64,000 nt of DNA. Origin: Octopus sinensis. Its lineage: Eukaryota. The notes under the pieces are model-generated. The model made no database searches. It saw nothing but the letters and a program-made list of their open reading frames with translations, and had not been told where the DNA came from. The DNA lies in assembly GCF_006345805.1 (NCBI RefSeq), contig NC_043012.1:20708001-20772000 (forward strand), written 5' to 3'. A program made the position numbers and the translations under genes. Shown here in pieces: positions 1 to 13,545 of this stretch; within the stretch, counting starts at the first letter, position 1; each line of letters opens with the position of its first letter.

Positions 1-1058
1 GAAACACATAAAACACATCTAACTCATACGATCAGTAACACAAGCTTCTCCTATTGCTCTTGTTCATACGATATTGCTTTTTATCCTATTAACTTTCGGT
101 CATTAAATTCAGTAGTAATGTTCAACATGAACAGAAGCAGACCGAAATACAATTCTCCATTGAAGTAGAAAGGTACCAATGTATAATCTATGAAATGTTA
201 TAGACAATCATATCAAGCAGCTTTCTGAAGTTGGTAACCATTCACTTCCCAACTTCACAGGTACTAAAAGAAATATTTTATGTATATATTGAAAAATGCC
301 TATACCTTTTTTGTTAGTATGTACATATAAATCGGGAACAATTACACCCCTACATTACATAATTACTTCATACTGAATACACAGTTAAAAACACAATATT
401 CTTCACTCTTGATGCAAAATTACTGTTCAATATTTTGAATAAAGAAAAGGTGACGTTAGACCAATGGCTGATACGGAATAGATGCATATCTGGTTAAGAG
501 AAAACTTCGTCAAAACCCCGTTATACACAATATATCCATTCATTCGATTGCAGACGCAAACGTTTCTTTATTCTCCTGAAAAACGTAATACCATACAATG
601 AAGGTTGGATTCACGAACAATATCTCAAAATTGAAAAAAAAAGGTTAAATTGTAATTCTCCTTTACCTATGAATATCCAGATTAAGGCGATAATGCATTT
701 TCTATGTTTTGAATCTGCTAAAAATCCCTATGCCTGTTAGATTTTATTTACTAACTGGTTATATGAAAATTTGATGTTTAAATTTCGGGAGAAAGTAGAA
801 AAAAAAACTTTTACCCATACAGTGTTAAAGAAATGGTGTATCGACAAGTGAGCTTAAAACTTATTCTTCGTGCAAATAAGCAAGCTAATTGTCTCCCAGA
901 ATGAGTTCTAGCGATAAATTCACGAAAATAAGTTTTGGAGCTGGGATAATAATTTAACGAAATACGTTGCGGTATAATATTGCTTGTCTCAAAACTTCAA
1001 ACATGACTCCGATTTTTTATTAACAACACAGAATTGACCAAACTCATACAACGTATAG

Positions 1059-1099
<41 letters not shown>

Positions 1100-1676
1100 A
1101 CCGTTTGTGTGTATGTATGGAAATTTAGTAGATAAGTCAGAGTTTTGGTACAGGTTTGTCTCTCCGAAGGAAATTCAAGCCGGTAGAATGGCGATCGAAG
1201 TTTTAAAAATGGGAAAAATGAGGAAAGCAGAAAAAAACAAACAAAGCCCTTTGTATTCAGTTTCTCCGTGAATTGACCTTAAAATACAACAGAGAAAACT
1301 TAAATGAGAAGCAGGGGGACTAGCACAGAGTGGTCTTTCAGGATGGCATTTAATGTAAAATCAATATAGTGAACTAAGTGGATCAATGAATTTTACAAGA
1401 TGAGCAAAAGGGGTACGTACGCCGATATATATATAACACCCCACCAAAAAAAAAGAAAAAAACGGAAAAAGAACTTAACAGACGACAATAAAAAAACATA
1501 CGGACAGATTGTCTATACAAAGACGGACAGGAAAAATCAGGGCGGATCATTCCTGGCCCCCTATACGTTATGTCTTAGCATATATTCTCGTGCCTACGCA
1601 CACACACACGTCACACACAAACTATTACAAACTCACAAACATGTCTCTCTCTTTCTCTCTCAATATACATATACAC

Positions 1677-1724
<48 letters not shown>

Positions 1725-2046
1725 TATATATATATGTATATATATAAATACATACAAATTTACATGTGTGTATGCGTGTGTATGTGTGTATCAATATATC
1801 TACATACGTATATCTATACACACATATATGCATGCATGTATATATTTATATATGAATATATGTGTGTATATACACAAAGAAAGAGAGAGACTCCATTTTG
1901 TCACTAACCTATTCACACACGACAGATGCCCAAACGCCAACCTGCAAGTACGTATAATTCTTCTACTGGACAACAAGGGGTGAAATCTTCAGGTGGACGA
2001 GCTTTATAACTTACTCTACTATGTTCTTAACAGAATATAAATAACT

Positions 2047-2095
<49 letters not shown>

Positions 2096-2519
2096 TATAT
2101 ATATACATATATATATTTATTTATATATATATTATATATATATATAGTCATGTTATTATATATATATGTATGTGTATATATGTATATATATATGTAATAT
2201 TTATACACACACACACATATATATATATATTATTTAACGAACACAATATATATTTTTTATGTGCCACTCTTTGTTTCATGCAATCAGAGCATGCTAGACA
2301 ATATTCTTAACACGTGTAGTATCTCGGCGCAATATTCAGACACTGCCCACATGGCATATCAAACTAAAACGATTGGATGAGAGAAGAAGCAAGAAATGGC
2401 GAGAAAGAAGTAGATACTAAAAACAAAAACAAAAGAAGCAAATGCAGGGTTAGAGTTATTTCCCCTTTGTAAAATATGAAGCTGAAAATTTAGTACCTTA
2501 GAGTCTATGGTACAGCTAT

Positions 2520-3415
2520 TCAATTCAGAGAACGTGGTACTTTCCAGTTCGCTAATAGGAACTTAGCCATATGCTTACAAAGGCTGAAAATTTCGGATAT
2601 AGTAGTATTCAGTAGTTTGTTAGAATTCTTAGATATGAAAATTATCTCAGTTCTTTCAGCAACGCATACCTTATATATTTTTGAAGCGTTAACATATGAT
2701 GTGGATTTTTTTTACTATTTTCCACTTTATCGTATGTGATGTGGCGCTCGACTTCAAACCCCATACATAGGTAGCTAATGTAGCAGCTTTAATTTGTCCC
2801 CGTGTCAGAAAGAAGATGTGATTAGCATAGCGATTTTTGAATTCGCGTTCACAGAATTTCATATAGCTCTTCTTATCGGTTTGTCATCATCTAGCGTTGC
2901 TGTACCTTCTCCCTCATATATGACGGATTTAATCATATATCCCAGGTCGAGTGGTCACTTTTCTAGGATCTCCACAGTTGCAACTGGGAGTGGGCTCCTG
3001 ATGTAATGATGCTTTTCATTCTGGGGCACAGTTATATAGTAATGTCACTGGGCCCTCGTTAAATATTCCCTGTACCTGTGATTTTCTGGAAATAGGCATA
3101 TTTTACCCATGGTAGCTTTTACATTAAGTGAAAAGACGGGGAGGCGGGCCAAATTATTTTCTTAGGTCTATTTTGAGGTCTATTATTCTTATTCCTTTAA
3201 ATATTAGGGGGTTATATATTAATTTATCCTTAAAGTCATTATTGGCTAGTGCATTGCTGAAGTAGTGAGCCGCTTTCTCAAAAAAGCGAAAGTGAAGTTA
3301 GAGACTCTGTTACTAATCTTAACTACCAGGTTTTCAGACACTGTTGTGTGGTGACAAAGTTTCTCTTTATAGCCTCATGGTAAGGTTTATAAGAGGAGGA
3401 TGTCAGGTCTAGAGA
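2520..3415 (-). mobile_element. Decayed Penelope-like element: RT C-terminus plus GIY-YIG endonuclease region
   Basis: Manual minus-strand translation across frameshifts gives LDLTSSSYKPYH ... KKIIW..FSLNVKATMGKI..FPENHRY..MKSII..SCNCG..SVIYEG..FCEREFKNRYANH..TLATYVWGLK..IKWKIV..KVCVAERTEII..LLN..EIFSLCKHMAKFLLANWK. Motif order matches PLE RT-linker-GIY-YIG proteins. It is not in the ORF track. Confidence 0.85.
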
Positions 3416-3744
3416 AACATAAAAAAAAACAATTTTAGACAGACTAGTAGCAATGAGTCACCAGACAAGGCACATCTGCACTTAAGATGCACTGCAACTG
3501 TTTGCACAGCATTTTACCCGCGAGACAGCGATGCACATTGAGTCAAAACGAGTGTAGGGAATATTAATGAGTCTCATGCATTTAATTTTCTTTCCCGCTT
3601 ATTCTTATAAACTCTAAAGAGACAAATGTATTCCTGAAGTAAATCCAGGACATATACCGGCAAACTGTTGATGACATTAAGTAACTGAATTCTGTGAAGG
3701 GGCTTTAACGGCATATCACAAGGCGTGTAAACTTGTATATATAT

Positions 3745-3871
<127 letters not shown>

Positions 3872-3898
3872 ATGGTGGTTTTATCTCTAATTTAATAT

Positions 3899-3946
<48 letters not shown>

Positions 3947-6900
3947 GATGTATTGATTATGGGTTATGGCACGCGTATGGCAACACATATACATCCTCTG
4001 CTTGCGCGTGTGCACACACCTTTACAGTTTTAATGTTTCAGTTTAGACATTATATTTCCTTGATATAGTTTTCGCAAGAAATCGATATTTTCTTTCTTAC
4101 TCACGATATTTTGCAATTTTATCATGTTTTAACATTGCTCCTTAGTGCATTGCAGACTGCTGGTTGTTGATAAAATTTTTATTTCGCATAATTTTAATTT
4201 CTTAATAGACTTTATGCGTCAATTTTTGTCCAGGATAATGGATTGTCTGTTAAAATAACTGCCTTATGACATTTAGTCTGGTGACTAGCAGAATCGTTAT
4301 AATGTTGAACAAAATGCTTAACAGCATTTCTTGAGGCTCTCGACGACATGATTTCAATTTTCCTCAAAGTCAATTTTTTTTTCTCACGTGCCTTCGGAGG
4401 GGGTCGCTACAGTGAAGTACTGTGATCAATATAATCAACTTACACCTTCCCTGAAAATTGCTGACATTGATCCCTGTAACAGACCGGTGTCATTCAGGGT
4501 GATTTTGTGATCTGAATATATTATAATTTATGTGCCATGGAAACCGGGCACTCAGACTTAGGTGACCTACGGCTCAAGAAAACAATGTAATATTTGTCAA
4601 CGATAGAATCTTAGTCTTCTGCGATTACGCTATCTAAATGTAATGGCAGATAAATCTCACAAAAAATTGTGCACTACCTACTTCAAGAGACAAAAAAAAA
4701 CATCTGACAATTTTGTCTGAAAATAAATGAACTGGTGGGACAATCAGGACTGGAAAGATTATATCATCGTTTGCTTGGTTTTCAGTTTTACTGTATTTAT
4801 GAGCACTCACAAAAATATAACCAAGTACTAGATAGATACTGTATACGCCTTCAGGATAGATCTGCTAGGGGAAGTACCAGCTGTCCCGGTTAAACCATAA
4901 CTAACTCACTATACGTTTCCGTCAATTGCAACAGATTGAGAAAAGTTCCAAGATCCTCGTAAGATTTGAACTCTGTTTGCAGTTGATATAATCTAAATAC
5001 ATGAGAGACTGTAGCCTGATGTTTTAGTAGTTCTGTTTTCTCATATTTCCTAGTGTAGTATTGACATACACCGATACAAACATATCAGCCTTTTCAGAAA
5101 GTGATTGTAACCATCTAAATGTTTATCAGTATTTTACTGGTAAGCTTAGATACTATGTTCGTGTGGAAATCTAGTTCTGAGTGAAGGGGAGTGAAGCGAA
5201 ACATATTTAAATTGGAGACAGTGAAAGATGAAATATAAAGAAACATAGTGCTCAGTATTCTACATTCGAAACCTTGTCCGCCATTTCACTTTTAAATGCA
5301 GAATTGTGTTACAACTAGAAATCCTAATTTTTGGAGTGCATCGCATTTGCAACTACTTCAAACGCAAATTCGATCTCGTTTTACTTTGCAAACAATTTTT
5401 TCGCAATTTTTCAATACCTAGTCATTTCCCTGAGTCACTTTTTTTGTGAAACTATCAATGTATACCTTAGAGTTTGACTATGTGGATCGAAGCGGAGCCA
5501 GCTGACATGTTAGACAAAAAAATTGATCGTACCTAATTTGATCATATGTTTATCATTTACATCACAAACTCATTTCTTCATAGCTAGTGAGGCGGGTGTG
5601 CTAAAGTATTATACTTACCGAAGCGTTTAAAAACGGTCTCATTACGTAGATTATAGTGTGTACATTCTCAGGATATAGATACATCTCGGCAGACAGGATG
5701 ATTGAACGCTAAATGTATTCGTTACGCACGCATTGCATACTCAGATACAGGATATATAAACGATCAATCATTCCACAAGTGTATTGATGTGATATCAACC
5801 TCTTCAGTAACAATGCTGCCACAACGTATACATGTATGGAGTGTGAGTCTCTATATGCTTGTATGTGTGAGTTAGCATGTTTGTATTTTACAACTCCACT
5901 TTTACCGATCTTCTCACCATATAAATGCGTATCTCTGTGAAAATATATTCTATTTCATATCACCTTCGGTCGATTTTCAGTATTTCATGTACTTTATGTT
6001 AAATTTGAAATATTTTACAAAGAACTACTAGAAATAAAATTTTTATGCGAAATTCTATTTATTTAAGGTAGGATGGAATACACTTTTTCAAAATTTTCTC
6101 TCAGGCAAACACGCCTTTTCAAAAACTTTTGCATTCAGCTTCTCAGAAACATTTTTGCCGAAAAGCAAAAGGAATTTTAAAATAGTTTTTATGTGAACAC
6201 TAATAAAGTTTCTGAAATGCACATATTTAACAAGTTTAGAATTCCTGCTTCTTTAACCATGTAATCAATCATGCTATTTTTGCCAGTGCCCTTAATACAT
6301 AATGTATTGCTTTTAAAATCAATTCATGCCATCTACCTCTAGCTAAAATTGACTTCTTTGGAGACAAAGTGGAGCATTGAAAAAAATTAAAGCCGCCACG
6401 AAGCAAACGTTGCAGTTAGTTTCATTCTTAAAAAGAAAAAAAATATATACATTCCTTCCTTTGAATGTTTTTATAATTGTTAGAATTCACTTGGAGTGTA
6501 GAGACATAGTTTAGATTATGGAAGGTTTCTAATTTTCAATCATACATTTCTTGCTTCATATCCTTCGAATACGATAGTGCAAGTCATTACATGTTTTGCA
6601 TTTATTTTCAAAAGAAAATGATTTCGAAATATCCATTTACTGTACTCATTTTGTGGAGAACGCGCTAGTGGGACTAATTCGAGCACAACACAAAAGAAGG
6701 TCAAAGTGGAAATACTTTGGAATACCGAAAGTAAGACATCTCATTATATATCGTAACCATCTTTGTACGCGTCGTTGATGAGATGAAAAACTGAACTTTA
6801 ACAAGAAAAAAAAATAATAATAAAAACCATGCTTTCCTGTTGTCACCTCTGTACTGTAGACTACATTCAATCGGGAAGTCTCTGCATGCTGGTAGTTTCC

Positions 6901-7010
6901 AAAAAATGCTATATTAACGCTAAGGAAAAGATTTTGGCGCTGAAGGGCGAAATGAAATCAACGTTGAATTGATTGGTCAATAGATAATAATAATAATGAT
7001 AATAATAATA

Positions 7011-7234
7011 ATAATAAAAAAAATATTCAGACAAATACATAACAAAAACACCAGGACTTACAAACACATATAACATACAGAAAATTGCACTACTAGGCAC
7101 TGCACACATCCTACGCAGAACACTTTCCATACAATAACCATCAGAGCATCACAACAAATCACAGCACATACCAAAGGCACACAGAGCTGCGCTTGGTAGT
7201 GAAGTGAAAGCACGCTATAAAAATAAAACTACTG
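7011..7234 (+). mobile_element. 3' end of R4/Dong-type RLE LINE, family A
   Basis: Encodes IKKYSDKYITKTPGLTNTYNIQKIALLGTAHILRRTLSIQ*. Its 3' UTR is nearly identical to those at 21585-21922 and 47061-47300. It is flanked by (TAA)n on both sides. Confidence 0.9.
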
Positions 7235-7271
7235 AATAATAATAATAATAATAATAATAATGATGATGATG

Positions 7272-7340
<69 letters not shown>

Positions 7341-8095
7341 TTTGTGCTACACCTGGCTCTCCATTCAAAAATATATCTAATCTAATAACATCGGTGGAAT
7401 GGGATAAAGGAATCTGTAGAAGACTTGAAGGAAGCGGCCTTTTAACGAAAATAACCACGAAAACGAAATTTTACTGCCATACAAAGCACAGTTTCTCCTA
7501 TGCACGATGTCTCAGTGAAACATATGAGAAACATACACGCGAAATCAACGTCGGAAAGTTTACAAATTATAAAATATAAATGAAACAAAGCAGTAATTAC
7601 ATAACTTGAGTAATTACGCATGCACTCGAATGTCTACACAATCATATCTATATTTTGATACCTCTAGGACTACACATGCATCCCAATGCTTACTCAACTA
7701 CGTGACATTTACAAGACACACATACACGCATATGAAAACATGTCACAAACGAAGCAAAAACAAAGAAAAACAATCTTTTATTTTTCAAAATAACACAGAG
7801 TAAACAATTCATACGTTTAAAGACTCCACAAAAACAATGCCCGGAGATAAATCTATCAACAAAAAATTACAGACGAATGCCGATCTTTTAGCATTAAGAA
7901 GCAACGTTACGAGCAATGTTTTCCGGCAGAGACCTCGGAGGCGGTGGTGGTTCAAAACATTAAACCGAAACAGACAAATCCGTCCCCTAATGTCAACGTC
8001 CAAGCTCGTCATGCCTCAATGACTTCGTATGAAAAATACGACAGAATGTATGTGAGATACGAGAAAAGCGTAGAAATTGAAAACGGAGAGCAAGA

Positions 8096-8370
8096 ATGAA
8101 GGGAGTTATCAGAGTGATACTTGCAGATACAGAGGAGAGTAGAAACAGCAAAGCAGTATTATTAGATGATGTAAAAGCAGCCAGACTGAGAGAGACATTT
8201 GGAAGTAGGATAGAGAATACAGTATTACGGGTTCGATTTGACGAATTACCACCTGTGATAACTTTTGAGGGGATGGTAATTATTTTGATATAGAAAAAAA
8301 GAGAGATACAAGCCGAACAGTATAGAAATATATATAATATGAACAGTTTAAAACAGATACAAACTGAACG
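8096..8370 (+). pseudogene. Possible decayed gag-like ORF1 fragment of an APE-type LINE
   Basis: KGVIR..D.EE..V...R.....NTVLRVRF..LPPVITF resembles the KGVI..VLTF..LP pattern of LINE ORF1 proteins. No intact CCHC knuckle is present. Confidence 0.3.
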
Positions 8371-8689
8371 GTAAAAACAGTAAAATGCAACTTTCTACTT
8401 GGGTGGGAGGGTAGACAGTCATTTTCCTCATCATTACAATTTTATTTTTACATCATTGAAATCATTCGCCAAATTTTTTATATGTACCCAACGTTGGTAT
8501 GTTTGTCCTCATAGTGTCCTCTCTATATTTAGGGCTTTATGCCTAATAAAGAAAAAGACCTCTTAGTCGAATGATGAACCAGATTCGATACGAAAAATCA
8601 GCTACTGGTTCAAATCTTCTCCAATCTCATGAGCTGGAAGTACACCACACCCGGAATATTCCAACAGATAGCAATCCATGCTCATCATG

Positions 8690-9995
8690 AAATAAACAAA
8701 AGAAAAATATTGAAAAATGGTCTAGGGGATATAATAAAGAAGTTCTTACGGCCTTCTATCATGCATATATTTCCACACAAATAAATCTAATACCGTACAG
8801 ACCTAATTGATCAGGAGACAGAACACCTTGAAGTAAGACCCTACATAGACAGTAACAAACTTGCCAACGTCAGAAGAAAACATTGTAAAAAAGAAATTAC
8901 TAACAAAATTAGAGATTGACCAAATTAAACAATCCGTAAGGGATAAAAGGAACGAAGCTGTCGCTAAAGAAGATACTACAGAGGAAATAATTATAGACCA
9001 ACCTAGGTCTGATGAAAATGCAGTTAAGAGTCAATGTAACTGATAAGCAAAGTGAAATACTCTCTGAAACAACCATAAACACTAAGGCAGATGAAAATCA
9101 AATAGCAGAAGAAAAGTCACACAGAAACTGACCCAACTCGACCAGATGATCTAAAAAATCAAATCATGATTAAATGGCTGAAAATTAAAGAAACGAAGAT
9201 GAATGAACATGATACTGTCCCAAAAATCGCAACTATAAGCAAGTCTTGAAAGCAATTAAACAGTTAATACGTGGGCGATAGCATCACTTCGGTATGGAGC
9301 GGGAATTATAAAATGGCAAATGTGAGAAATGAAGAAAATGGATACCAAAACAGAAAAATGTTGACAGTACACGGAGCCTTACATCTTAAGAGTGATACCG
9401 ATAGGCTGTACTTGTCCAGAAGAAAGGGTGAGGAGGTTTAATCAGTTGCCAGGACTGTATCAAAGCAGAGGAAATTATCCTAGGGTGGTATATAAAAAAG
9501 GCCGTGAAGACACTATTGAAAACACGGAGAAGGTTGGCGTCATCAAACTGAAAATTGTATAAGAAAAATTTATACAAGAAATGAACGAGAAAAAATGGCC
9601 TGGAAGGAAAAGAAAATGTACGGCCAGTTTGCAAGAGCTATGAATGCAAAGACAAATCCAGAGGACCGGTGGATGAGGAGGGGTGACCTGAATATAGAGA
9701 CAGAAATACACATGCGCAGCTCAGGAAAAAGCTTTCAGGACAAACTAAGTGAAGTGCAGAATAGGTAACACTACCGATAGCGACAAATGTAGAATGAGTG
9801 GTGAGAGGAGTTGCACGTTATGGTACATCTTTAGCGAATGCCCGAAATTGGCACAACACTAATGCAAACGACATCATGACAAAGTGTCAAGAATGATCCA
9901 TTGGAAGCTGTCTGGAAATTACGGCGTACAAAGAACAAAGACACGGTATGAGCTGATTCCAGAAAGAATCACCGAAAATGAGAATTGCAAAATAC
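8690..9995 (+). mobile_element. Decayed, internally deleted R4/Dong-type LINE (N-terminal region joined to post-RT region)
   Basis: KWSRGYNKEV..KLANVRR/NIVKKKLLTKLEIDQIK resembles the N-terminal region. It is followed by TWAIASLRYGAGIIKW..LHLKSDTDRLYL..WKEKKMYGQFAR..DLNIETE..KC..ECPKLAQ..HDKVSRMIHWKL..ENENCKI. Many stops and frameshifts; the RT core is absent. Confidence 0.8.
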
Positions 9996-10697
9996 GTGGG
10001 ATGCAATGTGTGTGTGTGTGTGTGTGTCTGTATGTGTGTGTGTGTGTGTGTATGTGTGTGTGTGTGTGTGTGCGTGTGTGTGTGTGTGGTGTATGGGCGT
10101 TGTTTGTGTCTATTGCTGTGTGTGCGTATTTTCTGCTATAGCTGATTGGCAAACAAGTGTTCGCTTAAGTACATCATTGAATTTCTCGTGTGCACGTTAT
10201 AATGTTACGAATATCTCCATCAGTATGATTGTTCTTCATAAAATCATTATAATTTCAGCGTTCGAAATATTTTACATTTCGGAATTGACTTTTTCTCCTC
10301 TCCTCTAATCACTCTCTGTAAAAACATCTGTGCCTTCCGTGTACTTTTCTGAGGAGGTGAGGATGAAAGCTGAAGTTATTTCCTTTGTCTCTAAATGACA
10401 GAAAAGAAAATAACACTATGCAAAGTAAGCACTCTTCTTTTTTTACTTTTTTTTTATTTTGCTCAATTTAAATTGGATTCCTATTTTAGAATCAAATTTC
10501 TAACTACTTCACAAATAGTGAAATGAGAAAAACGAAACACATTTTTCACGAAGATTCACCTGGTACTACTCCACTCTTAGGAACTCCTAAAACACAATTT
10601 CTGAATACAATCACGTCATCAAGAGCAACAATAATAACATTGCTTCTAAAGTTGATAGTAAAAATAACCATTCGTTCTACTACAAGCACAAGACTTA

Positions 10698-10742
<45 letters not shown>

Positions 10743-10861
10743 ATTATTGGTTAAAGCTCCACAACTGCCGCAAGAAAAGGAAGTTAATAAAACGCGAAAG
10801 TATAGTAGGGATTTACGTAAACACACGGTAGGGATTTGCGTAAGAAATACACGCACACGCA

Positions 10862-11061
10862 CAGGCGTAGCGGTGGGAAAAGAATCTTGTTTCTCAACCA
10901 CGTGGTTTCGGGTTCAGTCTCACTACGTGGCACCTTGAGCAAGTGTCTTCTAGTATAGCCTCAACTCGACCAAAGACTTGCGAGTGGATTTAGTAGACGG
11001 AAACTGAAAGCCCGTCGTATACACACACACACGCACAGACACAAAGACACACACACACACA

Positions 11062-11095
<34 letters not shown>

Positions 11096-11313
11096 TGTCT
11101 TTGTGTCGGTGTTTGTCCTCACCCCACCATCGCTTGACAACCGTTGTTTGTATGTTTACGTCCCCGTAGCCTAGTGGTTCAGCAAAAGAGACCACTAGAA
11201 TAAGTACCAGGCTTAGAAAGTATAAGTCCTGGGATCAATTTCTTCGACTAAAAGGCGGTGCTCCAGCGTGGCCACAGTCAGACGACTGAAACAAATAAAA
11301 GAATAAAAGAATA
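10862..11313 (+). mobile_element. tRNA-derived CORE-like SINE with internal (CA)/(TA)/(GT) microsatellite
   Basis: B-box-like GGTTCAGTC, CORE-like ACCTTGAGCAAGTGTCTT and 3' tail GGTGCTCCAGC..GACTGAAAC(AAAAGAAT)n. Homologous copies at 27090, 29795 and 30204. Confidence 0.85.
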
Positions 11314-11476
11314 ATTAACAAGAAAATTCTCCCAAATCTCACAAAAAAATGGATTATTTCTGTGACGTTGGGCTTAACATCAACGTGTAGGAAACTCTCA
11401 GCATGTGTCTATTAGTAAAATTACCAATTTCACACCCTCAAAGACTTCTGTTGTGATATTATCCAAAGGCTCTTTA

Positions 11477-11955
11477 AGGCGGCGTGCTGGCAGAATCGTT
11501 AGCCCGCTGGGCAGAATGCTTAGCCCATCGCTACTTTCTGGGTTCAAATTCCGCCAAGGCCGATTTTGCCTTTCATCCTTTCGGAATCAATAAATTAAGA
11601 ACCCAATGCCACAATAAAAAAAATAATAAATATTCCTTTTCGAGCCATGCCAGGCTCATAAGGGCCGGTTTTCCGGTTTCAATGGCGTAGAAATTCTTCA
11701 CCTGGACGGGACGCCAGTCCGTCGCAGGATAACTCATTTCTGCCAGCTGAGTGGACTGGAGCAACGTAAAAATGAAGTGTTTTGCTCTTGAACACAACGC
11801 ATCACCCGGTCTAGGAATCGAAACCACAACCTTACGATCATGAGTTCAACACACTAACCACTAAGCCACGCGCCTCCCAATAACACAATAGGGTCGATGT
11901 AATCGACTAGTCCACTCTCACCAATTCTCAGGCCTTGTGCCTAGAGTAGAATTTA
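11477..11955 (+). mobile_element. Abundant octopus-type SINE interrupted by a second SINE
   Basis: Head GGCGGCGTGCTGGCAGAATCGTTAGC..CAAATTCCGCCAAGGCCGATTTTGCC at 11477-11590. Tail GGGTCGATGTAATCGACT..GGCCTTGTGCCTAGAGTAGAA at about 11890-11955. Confidence 0.8.
11637..11877 (-). mobile_element. tRNA-derived SINE (third family) nested in the previous SINE
   Basis: Minus strand starts GGAGGCGCGTGGCTTAGTGGTTAG (A box) ... GGTTTCGATTCC (B box). A related head occurs at about 57812-57920. Confidence 0.8.
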
Positions 11956-12384
11956 ATTATTCAACGGCTCTCTCTGTCTCTACATCCACTTTGTGCCATA
12001 CAAGATAACAGTTCTTTATTTCTTATTGTTTTTGGCACAAAGATGGATATGGGTGTCGTAGGCTGTTGCTGTGGGTTGAGTTATGTATTTAATAAATGAA
12101 GCGTCTGTTCTGAATGTTAGATGTGTGTGTTTATCCGCTGTTCTTTCTTCCCGAGTGTGTTCATTGTTATTTCGTTTCCATATCTTCCTTTTATTGTTGT
12201 TAATGGAGGCATCGATAATGATGGCGTACTTCCTGTTTCGGATTTGCATGAATTGTGATCGATGTGGAGTCGGTGTTGTTTCGTGTTTTCTTATTTACCG
12301 TTTGTGATATCTTTCTGTTATTTTACTTCCTTCATCTACCCTTTGCAACAACAGAATTATGGCCGAAAGTTTCCATTTCGGACT

Positions 12385-12630
12385 AGGCAAGGGCACGCTT
12401 TCTCGTGTGTATATATTTCTTTACTACCCACAAGGGGCTAAACACAGAGGGGACAAACAAGGACAGGCAAAGGGATTAAGTCGACTACATCGACACCAGT
12501 GCGTAACTGGTACTTAATTTATCGACCCCGAAAGGATGAAATGCAAAGTCGACCTCGGCGGTATTTGAACTCGGAACGTAACGACAGACGCATTTCGCCC
12601 GGCGTGCTAACGTTTCTACCAGCTCGCCGC
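12385..12630 (-). mobile_element. Octopus-type SINE copy
   Basis: Shares CGACCCCGAAAGGATGAAA..AAAGTCGACCTCGGCGG..TTTGAACTC with more than 10 other copies in the window. Confidence 0.9.
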
Positions 12631-13130
12631 CTGTATATGTTGTGTATATGTTGGTGTGTATGTGTGTGTATGTGTTTGTGTGTGTATGTGTAGAAGTGGG
12701 AAAAATAGGATCCGGGAGAGTACTGAGTTTTACAACAGATTGTGCAAAAGCTACTTGAAAGACAAAAGAGTTACCCAGTTGGCTGGCAACAAACATCATC
12801 GAGATAATTGAAGGATGTGACTGGTATAAAATGTTGAGGTGCACTGTCATTACGGCTAAGGACGGTTACTAAGGACGTTTAATGCATAAACATAAGCACG
12901 TCTCTTCATGTAGCAACGTGGGAATCTGTAAATATTTTGAGGACAATGTCAAGCAGCATATGTCCACATCCGACATTTCGGTTTCGTAAATCATACATAG
13001 TTCTTGAGTCAAGATACGAAAAATCATGTATTTCTTTAAGCGTGAAGAACAAAAGCAACGACGACGATTGAGATGTTGTTGATGATGTTGGTCTCTGCTT
13101 CCAACGTATATATTTCCAGAACACTTTGTA

Positions 13131-13131
<1 letters not shown>

Positions 13132-13185
<54 letters not shown>

Positions 13186-13292
13186 TTGGTGGTGGTGGTG
13201 GCGGTGTTGGTGGTGGTGGTTTAGGTGGTGCTGGTGGTTTAGGTGGTGTGGTGGTGGTGGTGGTGATGATGATGATGATGGTGATGATAACA

Positions 13293-13337
<45 letters not shown>

Positions 13338-13545
13338 ATAGTGATGATAGCGACAGCGACAATGGTGAGGACACGGAGCCGGGGAATTAAAATTAGAAGA
13401 AGAAGAAGAAGAAGAAGAAGAAGAAGAAGAAGAAGAAAAGAAGAAGAAGAAGAAGAAAAGAAGAAGAAGAAGACGAAGAAGAAGAAGAAGAAGAAGAAGA
13501 AGAAGAAGAAGAAGAAGAAGAAGGAGAAGAAGGAGCAGGAGGAGA
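13132..13545. repeat. Compound trinucleotide array (GTA)n-(GGT)n-(GAT)n-(GAA)n
   Basis: Directly visible. It accounts for the spurious ORFs at 12869-13651, 13036-13374 and 13248-13550. Confidence 0.97.

Noticed and set aside
5098-5139. Plus-strand mini-exon (TTTCAG ... CTG/GTAAGC)
   Set aside because: It overlaps an equally plausible minus-strand candidate and has no partner exons. It illustrates the chance rate of such signals.
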